A stretch of 45,980 nucleotides of DNA. Source: Tubiluchus corallicola (Eukaryota; Animalia; Priapulida). Under the pieces are notes generated by a model, which saw only the letters and a program-made list of their open reading frames with translations, was not told the DNA's origin and made no database searches. The stretch is from NCBI GenBank assembly GCA_030141605.1, contig JAQGDQ010000011.1, forward strand, positions 1,512,408 through 1,558,387, given 5' to 3'. The number at the start of each line of letters is the position of its first letter. Positions within the stretch are counted from its first letter, which is position 1. Position numbers and translations under genes: made by a program. Shown piece after piece: positions 14,901 through 24,318 of the stretch.

Positions 14901-17900
14901 AAACTTACAGCAAATGCTCTATGTTGTGAACTCACCATTTTCAATGCAAACTAGACATAGGTCTAACTAGACATGGATGTAAACCAAACTAGAGTTCCAA
15001 CAGTTGATAAACTTTCACTCTTCTTTAATGGACATTTAGTGCCAGCACTCAGGAATTCCTGCCTTTAGTTCCTCTGCATCAAATTGCCCTGTGCGACCCT
15101 TGTACATTTTTTCTTTAAAGCACAAGAAACCTTTCACTGACATAAAGCATAAAAAATCGTCTCGAAATTTGATACGACTTACATACTACCTTTTCGTATG
15201 CATGGCCTGCATCGGCCATAACGCTGTATAAAACGTGTAAATTTAAACTCCCGCGATGACCGTTAGGCGCAGCCATTTTAAAGGTAAGTTGTTTGAAACA
15301 AGTTTTGATAACATTAAGTAAAGTTTGAAAAAATAATCAGAGTATTCGTAGCATACATGTTGCTAATTAAGTAAAATTTTAAATTACTGTATTTTGTCAA
15401 TAAGATTAAAAATACGTTTTTGGGTGAGTCAGCGACATTTTACCAATCGACACGAGCATTTTAAATTATTAGTCTAGTTATATAAGTGTTTCCAGCAGAT
15501 AAGTGAAATGCTAAGTAATATAGATTTGCACGGAAAGTTTTTTGGGTCATAATTTAACATTGCCTTTTCTTCCATTGATTTACGTGGTGTAGTGACGTCT
15601 TGTACTGGCGCTGTCGCAACAGTATTGCGGGAGATTTAAAATGAAAACAAACAAAATTGCTTTCAACGCGAGTATGATATGTGCATAAAATTGTTGTAAA
15701 GTACTATAATTCTTTAAGGGAATTTTGCTGAAAACTACTTCGGGTGCCCCTTTTCTTATTCTTTAAAGGAATGCCAGGCACAGTTATAGCATTGTTCTGG
15801 CATTTAAATTTTTGGTAAAAACATATTGGCCATGTCTTAAGGGCTAATAAATAAAACTATAAAGTTGCAACTTCCAAAACCAAAACTAATGTATTTTAAT
15901 ATAATGCTTTTAAATTTCAACTTTGTGAAGCGCTTGTTTCGAATATTAGTCTAAGCTTCAGCATATTCTCCAGCGCCACCCAATGAATTAGCAGTAAAAA
16001 CTTGACATTAACAATCACCTAAATCTTAAATGCACATTTAAACTAAATTTAGACAGTTCAGACACATGTAAAAGTGTAAAACATCAAGTAAGTAAGTAAA
16101 TAAGTAATTTATTTGTCTCTAAAAAAATAAATGTAAGAAAAAAAGTAAAATAAAACATAAAAGAGACAGAAGTTCCATTGAGAAGAAGTTAAATCTATAG
16201 ACAAGAAAATTGCTGCAAATCTGTCTTTGATCAATGGAGTTAAAGGACAAGAAAAGGGGCACCTGAAGTAGATTTCAGAAAAATCGCCTTAAAAAATTAT
16301 ACTACTTTACAGCAATTTTATGCACATATCGTATTTGTGTTGAAAGGAATTTTCATTTGTTTTCATTTTAAATCTCGCGCAATATTGTGCCGACGGCGCC
16401 ATTACATGACATCACTAAAATACGTAAATCAGGGGAAGAAAAGGCAATGTTAAATTATGACCCAAAAAAACTTTCCATGCAAATATATATTACTTACCAT
16501 TTCACTTACCTGCTATAAAGACTTATGTAACTAGACTAATAGTTTAAAATGTTTGTGCCAGTTGGTAAAATCTCGCTGACTCACCCTCCAGAGTGCGCCA
16601 CTCACTAGCCAAAAACGTATTTTTAATCTTATTGACAAGATACAGTAATTCAAAATTTTACTTAATTAGCAACATGTATGCTACGAATGTTCTGATTATT
16701 TTTTCAAACTTTACTCAATGTTATCAAAAACTTGTTTCAAACGACCTACTATTAAAATGGCTGCGCCTAACGGTCATCGCGGGAGTTTAAATTTACACGT
16801 TTTATACAGCATTACGGCCGATGCAAGTCATGCATGCAAAAAGGTAGTATGTAAGTGGTATAAAATTTCGAGACGAATTTTTTAAGCTTGATGTAAGTGG
16901 AGGGTTTTCTTGTGCTTTAAATATACTTGAGACTGATAATTAAAGTTCATTCAAAACTATAATTAGATGTGTAATAGGCTTATATGTTGAGCATCAGATT
17001 TAATCTTCTATTTAAATCTATAAATTCAACTTACATCCAGTGTCATACACAGCATTAGCTTCACTAGTTCCGCAGGAAAACCCGTTATAACAATCTCTGC
17101 AGTCTGTGGAACGTCCCAATCTGCCGTAACTGTTACCACAACTACAACTGTCCTGCCCTATACCAGCAAATGGAAACCCGTCATTCAGACAAGCTTCTAC
17201 ACAATTATACGGATGATTTCCCTGAAGGGATCTTGGAACTGCAGGAAGATCTGATTCAGTATCACGCAGGGCAGTGAAACAACCTTGGTATTCATATTCT
17301 GAAAAACAATACAACTACTGATTTACGATTCTTATGTGCTCACACACTCCGTTCAACTTCGGGTCTAAGTAAAAGCTGATGAGTGGTAAATAATGAAAAA
17401 TAAACATTAGCTAGAAAAAGGTTTCCAAAGAAACCAAATATTAAGCCACTTGAATACAAAAATAAATAGCATCACGAAATAAAAAAGTAAATTAACTTTA
17501 TAAAACTGAGGATTCCAAACATAGTTTTAAAGTATGGCCTCTGACCCTTTTTACTTCACGTAGTGGATTCTCTGTTGTAGCAAAATGCAATAAAACAGAC
17601 AACATTAATTATTATTATCATTTATTTATTAATATTATTATTATTATTACTATTATTATTAAAAGTCAAATTCAGGACAATTCGTCAAGCAAAAAAGTTG
17701 TACCCAGGGTTTGCTCTGCACACTAATCACAACAGAATAGCAGGAAATGATCCGTGACTTCCACATTTAAGTTGACACAAATGTTTAGCCCTACCAGACG
17801 CGCGTCACCTGGTCAACAGTTTAATTTATTTAAGATGTTTATTACGAAATTTGAAAATCAACTAAATATGGGATATTTGGGTATCTTTGAAAGGTCAGTA

Positions 17901-19382
17901 AGGGACAGGGGGCAAAATTATCAAATATGGGACATGTCCCATATATATAAGGGACGTCTGGCAAAGACATCGAGAGAGAACAAGGACAAGATAGAAACAG
18001 ATATTATTGTGACACCTGACGACATAAGAATGTCTCATCTTGTTCTACTACAGGCCAGGTTTAGCTTGCAAACTCTGACCTTGTGTGAAAGCATAATTCT
18101 AAAAATAATCGGTACAAGGAGAATAGTTACGACGGTTAAATGAATATGAAAACTAGGGATCTGAGGTGATTACCTGCAAATGGCAAAAACTCGTTGACAA
18201 AAATAATTTATTCAGTGGTAATACGAAACGTTTCATGTTTCAGACTACTGAAACTTAGTAATGGATGGGCTCGAACAAGCAAGTTGTTAACGGATTACGA
18301 CGCTATCAAATTCACCAAGAAAACGCGAATTTTGATCTTACAAAATTTACGGCGAAATCAAACACGTGACTAATCTTCATAGGATGTGGTGCCATCTACA
18401 ATGAAGAATGGGAAATGAGAGAGCGCGAGAGAGAAATTCAGAGGTAGAGATGAATGAAAGTTACAGATAGTTAGTGTTGCCCGAATACAAAATTAAAAAT
18501 ACAGGACTCCTAAAATTTCTCTCTATGTTACTATATATATATATATATACAAATTTATTAGACCAATATGTTATATAAAAGTAAAGAAATAAGTTAAAAA
18601 CATTAGGCAAGGACTTTAATGGTTTATGACGAAAACAGAAATAAAATCATTTGAAAATTACTCAATATAAGCAACATAGACAACTAAGTTAAATTCCGAG
18701 AAAGTGAAGTCATTGCAAAATTCTTATTCAATATAGACAATGTAAAGAAAGATCATTTTGAAAATTATTATTTAATACAAAATATACAGAAAATAAACTA
18801 AAATCTTGTTTCATATGGAAAATGTGAAAAGAAACAAAACTGAGAAACTGATATGCAAAATTTTCCTGGTTAGATTTGGTTCTTTTCATCAAGTGAATCT
18901 GAGAAAGGAAAATATAATTACTTATAGAGTTACAACTAAGAACCATAAAAAGGTAGCAAACATAATTATATTTTTATTACGAAATGTGTAAATGAACTAA
19001 ATATGGGACATTTGGATGTGCTTGAAAGGTCAGTAAGGGACAGGTTACAAAATTATCAAATATGGTACAAGTCCCATATATAAGGGACGTCTGGCAAAGA
19101 GATAAACAGAGAGCAAGACAGAAGCAGATATTACTGTGAAAACTTAACACTTTGAATGATAATACTGACTACTTGCTTGTTCTAAATTATGTGAAAAGTT
19201 TCCCGTGGGCTCAACCTGTACGCAGTATTATTAGCTATAAGGAAGTCACCTAGTTACCATTCTGATCATAATTTTTGATGGATTAGTTCCTCAAAATAAA
19301 TAAAAATTTACATACCAGGAACAGCATGGGAATTTTCGATCAGAACACGGACCATGAACAGGTAAACACCGAGCGTCCACAT
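1120..19382 (-). CDS. Multi-exon secreted/cell-surface protein: signal peptide + 5 WSC + at least 3 fibronectin type III domains (3'-partial, about 859 aa in window)
   Basis: 12 GT-AG exons join in one frame: 19316-19382, 17035-17298, 14385-14741, 11326-11619, 9901-10203, 7909-8040, 7168-7359, 6083-6168, 4748-4997, 4334-4419, 3365-3596, 1120-1434. The last exon ends at a phase-1 donor (AAG G|gtgagt) with no further exon found in the window. Confidence 0.88.
1455..2450. repeat. 62-bp minisatellite, about 15 copies
   Basis: Unit caatggtcagaatctgaccaagatacaatgtccacactccatacatgacacaagctgtttga. Confidence 0.95.
2693..3349. repeat. 42-bp minisatellite, about 15 copies
   Basis: Unit cttagaactctcctatctgaaaggtaagaaaagttgtgcaca. 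Confidence 0.95.
3365..4419 (-). CDS. Exons 10-11 (4334-4419, 3365-3596): FN3 domain 2
   Basis: PLHPVSPPQL...VKFE|KPPLEDANC...FRIEY...LEFFTNYTFTV..NKVGWSDKS; phases 1-0 then 0-1. Confidence 0.85.
4748..6168 (-). CDS. Exons 8-9 (6083-6168, 4748-4997): FN3 domain 1
   Basis: FPHLKEKPIVAELGAFFAKMTW + WFRVY...LRNLKLSESY...V...S.P..FTT; phases 1-0 then 0-1; strong acceptor ctactttgtttcag. Confidence 0.8.
5137..5897. mobile_element. Foldback-type MITE with repeated subterminal motifs
   Basis: tataggttttaca...tgtaaaacctata termini; many tcaaatgt motifs on the left and acatttga on the right. Confidence 0.75.
6342..6798. mobile_element. Tc1/mariner (pogo/Tigger-like) MITE
   Basis: TA|cagtggaacctcga...tcgaggtatcactg|TA. 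Confidence 0.8.
7168..8040 (-). CDS. Exons 6-7 (7909-8040, 7168-7359): WSC domain 5 split by an intron
   Basis: GCYP...MCVSYCNSRG|FLFAVL...ECKCG...CDVAC...CGG...YSVY; both exons phase 1-1; exon 6 is absent from the ORF track. Confidence 0.85.
8147..8638. mobile_element. hAT/Ac-like MITE, copy 2
   Basis: Collinear with 12-534; left TIR degenerate, right TIR intact. Confidence 0.85.
9295..9800 (-). mobile_element. CR1/L2-group LINE 3' fragment
   Basis: Minus strand encodes LWNSLPLQVKQIKSLSAFKTKLK; aataaa plus (TTA)n tail near 9295-9315. Confidence 0.7.
9901..10203 (-). CDS. Exon 5: WSC domain 4
   Basis: LGCWED...CKDYC...FAGLEHGGGCYCG...CGGGWALEVY, canonical WSC; 303 nt, phase 1-1. Confidence 0.93.
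10630..11270 (-). mobile_element. CR1/L2-group LINE 3' fragment
   Basis: Minus strand HYFTRFNEYHIP*CRT...FIKFTAPNNWNKI, similar to the 24036-24257 peptide; pyrimidine-rich 3' UTR. Confidence 0.6.
11326..11619 (-). CDS. Exon 4: WSC domain 3
   Basis: HKGCF...CRTLC...YYFG...CRCGN...AVSVY; 294 nt, phase 1-1. Confidence 0.9.
11675..11980 (+). mobile_element. tRNA-derived SINE with Meta-like core and (ATT)n tail
   Basis: A box tagtctagtgg, B box gttcgaacc, core cataccaaagactttaaaaatggtac, (ATT)n at about 11930-11980; Meta assignment is from recall. Confidence 0.75.
12370..12834. mobile_element. hAT/Ac-like MITE, copy 3
   Basis: Perfect 13-bp TIRs; flanked by a 112-bp direct duplication. Confidence 0.88.
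13376..13815. mobile_element. hAT-like MITE
   Basis: taggttaccata...tatggtaacccta imperfect TIRs; ccggac subterminal motifs. Confidence 0.6.
14385..14741 (-). CDS. Exon 3: divergent WSC domain 2 with basic insert
   Basis: FRGCW...CIEKC...YYAF...CYCG...AVAVY; 357 nt, phase 1-1. Confidence 0.88.
15115..15766 (+). mobile_element. TTAA-flanked MITE (Kolobok-like), copy A
   Basis: TTAA|agcacaagaaa...tttcttattct|TTAA; reverse complement of 16240-16920. Confidence 0.8.
16240..16920 (-). mobile_element. TTAA-flanked MITE (Kolobok-like), copy B, inverted relative to A
   Basis: TTAA|aggacaagaaa...tttcttgtgct|TTAA; aligns end to end with copy A on the opposite strand. Confidence 0.8.
17035..17298 (-). 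CDS. Exon 2: WSC domain 1
   Basis: YQGCF...CVEAC...FPFAG...CSCGN...C..C....CG...AVY pattern; 264 nt, phase 1-1. Confidence 0.92.
17860..19140. repeat. Two diverged direct copies (about 17860-18010 and 18995-19140) of a transposon-end-like segment
   Basis: aactaaatatggga...gaaaggtcagtaagggacagg...gggacgtctggcaaaga present twice. Confidence 0.7.
19316..19382 (-). CDS. Exon 1: signal peptide MWTLGVYLFMVRVLIENSHAVP
   Basis: ATG at 19382, hydrophobic core, SHA cleavage-like motif, phase-1 donor G|gtatgt matching the next exon. Confidence 0.7.
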
Positions 19383-19384
19383 AT

Positions 19385-20135
19385 TTATTAAGTTTCAGTC
19401 TGCACACTTCTACGGAATTGATCAAACCAGCACCGTCCTACCCAATTTCCTGGGTGATGTGTGCAATTCATGTCCTGTTCCAGGGCAGAAATGAGTGAAG
19501 TTTTGCAGTAAGAGAAACTCAGTAAAAAAACGTTAAAAGGACATAATTATGACTGAACTGAGATTCACTCATACATGTAGTTATTAATTTTCACTCTGAA
19601 TATTCTGCAAAATTGATCAAACCAGCACACTCCCCACCTACACAACTTCCTGGGTGGATGTGACGCAATACATATCCTGTCGTTTGGGACAAAAATGAGT
19701 GAAGCTTTGCAGTAAGAGAAACTCAGTATCAAACGTTAAAATCAGATAATTATGACCGAACTGAGATTCACTCATACATGTAATTATTAAACTTTCACTC
19801 TGAACACTTCTACAAATTGATCAATCCAACGCACTCCTACCCAACTTCCTGGGGATATGACAAAATACTGTACCTGCCCAGTTCCTGTACAGAAATGCGC
19901 TAAGTAAAAACAGTAAAAACGTCAAAAGCAGATATGAATGAATTTTGGGTTCACATAATTATTAATTTTCACTCAAAATACCTAAAAATCGTCACACCCT
20001 AACCAATTTTCTGTGGATGTGACGTAGTACTACTATACACGTCCTGTTCCTCCACAGTACCAAAGTTTTGTCGTATTTGGAATTGAAAGTCAGTAAAAAA
20101 CACAAAAGCAGATATGAGTAAACTGAGGTTTATTC
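19385..20135. repeat. Degenerate tandem repeat of about 200 bp, about 4 copies
   Basis: aattgatcaa...ttcctgggtg...ctcatacatgta.ttattaa recurs at about 19416, 19611, 19815, with a weaker copy near 19987. Confidence 0.75.
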
Positions 20136-20395
20136 TAATATAACATCAAATGTGAAAGAAAACTGATCTTTGGACAATAAGACGTACACTGCGCGAGTCT
20201 GACACACATACTATCACGGTCAGTTCCAGTGAACAAAAAACTGCAAATTTTTTAAGCATTAACTGCTGAAAGTTTGACAAACCTGACAAGCTCATGTGAC
20301 GAGCACAGAAAATTTAAAGCAGAATTACATGTAATTTTGGGAAACAGTGATAGGTGCAAAACAACTGAAACAAGTTTGGGAAGCGGAAAAAGGAA

Positions 20396-20539
20396 CGAGA
20401 GAGAGAGAGAGAGATGGGGGGAGGGAGATGGAGGAGAGGGAGAGAGGGAGGGACGGAGGGAGGGAGAGTGAGTGAGAGAGAGGTGGGCGGGAGGGAGGGA
20501 GAAGGGAGTGAGTGAGAGAGAGAGAGGGGGAGAGTGAGT

Positions 20540-20592
<53 letters not shown>

Positions 20593-20620
20593 AGAGAGCG
20601 GGGAGAGGGAGAGAGAGAGT

Positions 20621-20671
<51 letters not shown>

Positions 20672-20717
20672 CAGAGAGAGGGGGAGACAGAGATGAGAGA
20701 GGGGGGAGAAAGAGAGG
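20396..20717. repeat. (GA)n / purine-rich microsatellite
   Basis: Direct inspection. Confidence 0.97.
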
Positions 20718-20730
20718 ATTTAGACACAGG

Positions 20731-21282
20731 AATTAAAAACGGCTATATTTGGAACTCAGTAAAACGTAAAAACGTAGATGATTGTGTAATCTAACTTTTT
20801 TCTTACTGACAAAATTATCCCTAATGGTGGTACAAACCCGCAAATAATTAACTTCGATACCAAAAGTGAAAGACAGGAAATGTGAAAAAGATGGTATGCA
20901 GTTTGCATCTGAACTAAGGCCGTCTGCTTTTTGCAGTCGTTTTGTACCATTGAACCACTGAATCTCTCAATGGTCAAGATAGTCCGCAAGGTATTTGTTT
21001 ATTTCTGGCTTAATTTTAACGAAGACTCCACCTGTTGGGAGAACCACTACTTAGACCGGCTTTTTGTAACTGTCAGAAAAGTTTGCATCAACAACTTTTG
21101 AAACTAACAAGTCATAACTTGTACCTTGGAGAGGCCGGCCATTTTCGTTGGATCCCAGATCCAGTTAGTAGAGCTGATTTTCCAAGGCAACAAAGTAATG
21201 GAAGTGCCGTTTCTTTCCCCACTGATTCCACCTTCCTGCAGTAAATCAGAAGAAATGCCGAAAACAAAATGGCTCTCCATAT
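20731..21282 (-). pseudogene. Possible decayed secreted-protein gene of unknown family
   Basis: Signal-like WRAILFSAFLLIYCRKVES, then after a 1-nt shift at a G4 run about 160 protein-like codons interrupted by TAA, TAA, TGA; no family recognised. Confidence 0.25.
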
Positions 21283-21673
21283 TACTTAATATTTAATGTG
21301 GACGCACTCCAAGATTAACCACAGCCTTCACAGAAAGCCATGTGACAATCACACTAAAACACATTAAATCACTGTAAATAAGGTTTATTTTCTGCAGTTT
21401 CACAAATAAATTCCAAATTTGAAAATAATTTTTGCTTTCTGTCTTTTTTCATTGTCGTCTGCTCTGCTTACACGTGTCACCTTCACCTTACTATTTGGAT
21501 TATGATCAGATCTTTATAAAATTAAAACGCATTACAAAAAATGCAGCCCGGCTTGGAGATGGACTAGTATTCACTAGTGTACATGAATGAAAAATCATCT
21601 AATGGCTAGTTTCTTTCTAGCCATAAATAATGACTTTAAATAATGAAATAAATACAGTCTAGTCTCGTTATCT

Positions 21674-21892
21674 TCTTTTATCGCAACAGCTCCTGATAGG
21701 TCTTCAAGCTTCTCGGCAATATTTTTCGTGCGTTTTCTGGCCTCCTGCCGAAGGTGCTCTGTTCTTGCTTCCTGCTCAGCGAGTGCCACACGTCGCAATT
21801 GCTCCTCTTCAGCTAGGCGAGCATTTTCTTCGTCCCTTCGCACACGAGCGATGTTTTCCTTCGTGCGAACGTGCCACCATAAGAATGTTCAT
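21674..21892 (-). pseudogene. LENG1: LENG1 (CIR_N domain) 5' fragment, frameshifted and truncated
   Basis: ATG AAC ATT CTT (MNIL), then a frameshifting deletion where PKKS is expected, then [43 protein letters not shown]; the frame runs into a MITE terminal repeat at 21655-21673. Confidence 0.8.
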
Positions 21893-22014
21893 ATTGGTGG
21901 ATCTGGAATTGAAAAGCATCAGCAATCAGACGACGTAACATAAGTCACAACTAATCACAAATGTACAGTAACATTATTGTACACACGTATAAATGTATTC
22001 TCAGTAAGCATCGG

Positions 22015-23089
22015 TTAAGAAACTATAACTGGAAGACAGTCATCAGGTTCACTGGAAAAATCCCACTTGAATCTTTTCACCAAGTGCTTCTGGAATTTTT
22101 TGCCCTTTTCCTTTAATTCGGGTGAAACACCCGCACTGTCCAACGTCGCAAAAAATGTCTGCAGCGTTGTTGCTAGAAAGTTATTACGCGAAACGATGTC
22201 CACAAAAAAATCCTTCGGTATTTCATGAACTTGGTGAAACAAGACGGAAATGAAATCTGTAAAGAGAACCGGGTAGGATCGAACAGCATCTTCGCAAAAG
22301 CACAGGAGTGTTACTAGTTTCTTCCATTGTTCAAACCCATCATAAACATTCCACAGAAGGAAAGAGATGAATGCAAACTGTAGCTCCCCAAGAATCAACG
22401 CTGGATGTTCGTCGAGTTCGTTTGTTAATATTAAAGCAAGTTGGTAGCTTCTATCCATGTTATGTTTTGTTACTTCCGTGGGTGAAGCCCCAGCTGGATA
22501 AGAACGTTTTAAAATCTGAGTAAAACGTATTTCAGTTCCTGCTTTTGGTACCATTTTGGGCAATTGGTGTTTGTCAAGTTCAACAGTCGAACGAGAACCA
22601 GACGTTGATCCAGTGAGCGGCTCTAGCGCCGTAGCTGAAACGATTCTTCCTGATAAAGGTTGTAATCGTTCAATTACATCATTTGTGATGAAATTGCTCA
22701 AAGACACCCACTTTTTGTAGGTATCATATGGGTATGGTCCTAAATGTTTATCTAAAATGTGAATATCCGCTTTATGTCTGCAAATTTCTTCCTCTGTTGC
22801 TTCATAAGCATCACTTATGTCTTCTTCGTACTTATCCCATTTTTTTAACAAAAACTCCTGTCGAATGAAGTTATGAAAAAAATCCTCTACGTGGTGCAGT
22901 CTCCCCGTGCTGATTAGCTGCGCTATAGTACACAAAGTGAACACCAGGTGGAATCATTTTCACACCTCGAAAGCGGTCACCCGTTGTCCAGCAACTGTAG
23001 TCTATACCAAACTCAGTGCCAGGAGGGACGTCAAGCAGTAGAAGAATGGCACCCTCTGTGAATAAAGTCTTAGCTGTTTCATCGGTCAT
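22015..23089 (-). pseudogene. AAR2: AAR2 (U5 snRNP assembly factor) homolog, intronless, with one frameshift (pseudogene or assembly error)
   Basis: GTEFGID, FRGVKMIPPGVHF, LGPYPY, LGELQFAF, PKDFFVDIVSRNNFL motifs. Two overlapping ORFs join at a T7 run (22876-22882); removing one T gives GFFHNF and a continuous ORF. Confidence 0.85.
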
Positions 23090-23383
23090 GTTACGAAAAG
23101 ATGCAGCCACATTGTTATGCGACTGTCTCCTAGTCTTCCAGTTTCAGTTTCCGGGAAAAATTTTATCTATCGATACATGCCAACAGTGAACGAAGCTGAA
23201 AAAAGAAAGCTTGTGAAACATTCTACTTAATTAAAACAATCCATACTGTCAAAAGTTCACTAAACATAGTAAGTAAAGCTACAAGTCCACGTGCGCGTAA
23301 TGCGTGATCTGTGATCTATAATGCTAGATGCGCTATGTTGTGTGTATATGCTACGTGTATTAACAAAACACATGGCGCTCTTT

Positions 23384-23393
23384 CCGCCATTTT
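23384..23393 (-). promoter_or_regulatory. YY1-like motif upstream of AAR2
   Basis: AAAATGGCGG on the minus strand about 300 nt upstream of the AAR2 ATG; short motif only. Confidence 0.25.
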
Positions 23394-23600
23394 TGGTCGC
23401 TATTCATTTTGGTTGCCATGCAAACAATAATTTTTGAAAACCATGTCTGGGTCTAAATTTAAGCGTGAGAATTACAACTGCAGCATTAGCTTATTATTGT
23501 GCTATAAGAAGGAAAAATTCACAAGCACGGGTTTTGGGTGCAGAACATTTTGCAGGGGAGAGACCAATATGGCACCTATCAATCTATTAGTGATACTGCA

Positions 23601-24318
23601 GTTAGTTTAGTTTAGTTTATTATTATCACATTCAGTATAATATAATGACATTAAGCACACAGTGACATCAAAATTATTACGACATACTGAATCAAATTGT
23701 TATATTTCATACACTATCGTTATCATAAAAGAATAACTGTACTGCAGTGGGCTAGAGAAGCAAAAGCTTGTACAAGCCCACTGTCATGTGAACTCAATAA
23801 AAAAAGAATGGATGAGTGAACAAAAAAAAGCACTGGGAGAAAGGTTAGATCACATAGGACGGGTAGAAGGATGTGTTAGTGGAAATGGTAGGAAGAAAGA
23901 TAATAGATTGCGCTATGTAGACATCAGCTCTAAAGATTTATCAATGATGCCTTGTTTTGCATAATCTGTACCAGGATTGTGGTATGACAGCTGTAGTAGG
24001 TGTGGGAAATTAGGAAGTGGTGTACTTGTTGAGAATTATTGCTCTGTATTTCTTTTTAAATTTTTGAATTGATTTATGTCATTCCAAAGCCTTGGACCAA
24101 CATTTGCAATGAATTGTCGTGCCACGTCTGTTCTACAGACATTTACGATAAACTCATTCATTCTGGTTGCGTAACGCCGATTATTTGGTTGCACTGGATT
24201 ATTAAAGAACGTTGGAGACAGATTAGATGCACAACACATACCTACATGCTTCTTCAATCTCTCAAAAATTCAAACAGAAAAAATTATTGTTTATAGGTCC
24301 TAAAGCAACCAAACTGAA
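23601..24318 (-). mobile_element. CR1/L2-group LINE 3' fragment
   Basis: RYATR...CRT...GPRLWND ORF2 C-terminal motif; tail aataaa(ctaaa)n at about 23601-23625. Confidence 0.72.

Noticed and set aside
20274-20794. ER-rich and SL-rich ORFs
   Set aside because: Translations of the (GA)n microsatellite.
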